Below are positions 5,847 to 5,847 of a stretch of DNA of 5,847 bases, in pieces. The translations under genes were made by a program, and so were the position numbers. Within the stretch, counting starts at the first letter, position 1. Every line of letters starts with the position of its first letter. The notes under the pieces are model-generated. The model did no database searches. It was given only the letters and a program-made list of their open reading frames with translations, and had not been told where the DNA came from. Source of the DNA: Promethearchaeia archaeon (GTDB taxonomy: Archaea; Asgardarchaeota; Lokiarchaeia; Sigyniarchaeales; SOKP01). The stretch is taken from assembly GCA_046497275.1 (NCBI GenBank), contig JAWOFX010000021.1:1-5847 (forward strand). The letters are read 5' to 3'.

Positions 5847-5847
5847 T

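Overview
AT-rich archaeal chromosomal segment, most likely from an Asgard archaeon (Lokiarchaeia-like). The basis is a gelsolin-domain protein, a probable longin-like domain and an archaeal-type tRNA-Leu. The + strand carries the 3' end of a probable longin-like protein (open from base 1), a zinc-ribbon/RDD membrane protein followed by a hairpin and T-tract, and an 84-aa helical hypothetical protein. The - strand, read right to left, carries a DUF166-family protein (5' end beyond the window), a P1B-2 (ZntA/CadA-type) heavy-metal ATPase, an intron-less tRNA-Leu(CAG), and a one-domain gelsolin with a second domain (1DGelX-like). I found no mobile element, CRISPR array or defence system. The most unusual feature is the ATPase: it lacks the canonical N-terminal HMA domain but has a short Cys/His N-terminal tip and a 62-aa Cys/His-rich C-terminal module, and it lies downstream of a Cys-rich DUF166 gene. 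Family calls come from motif recognition by eye, not from database searches.
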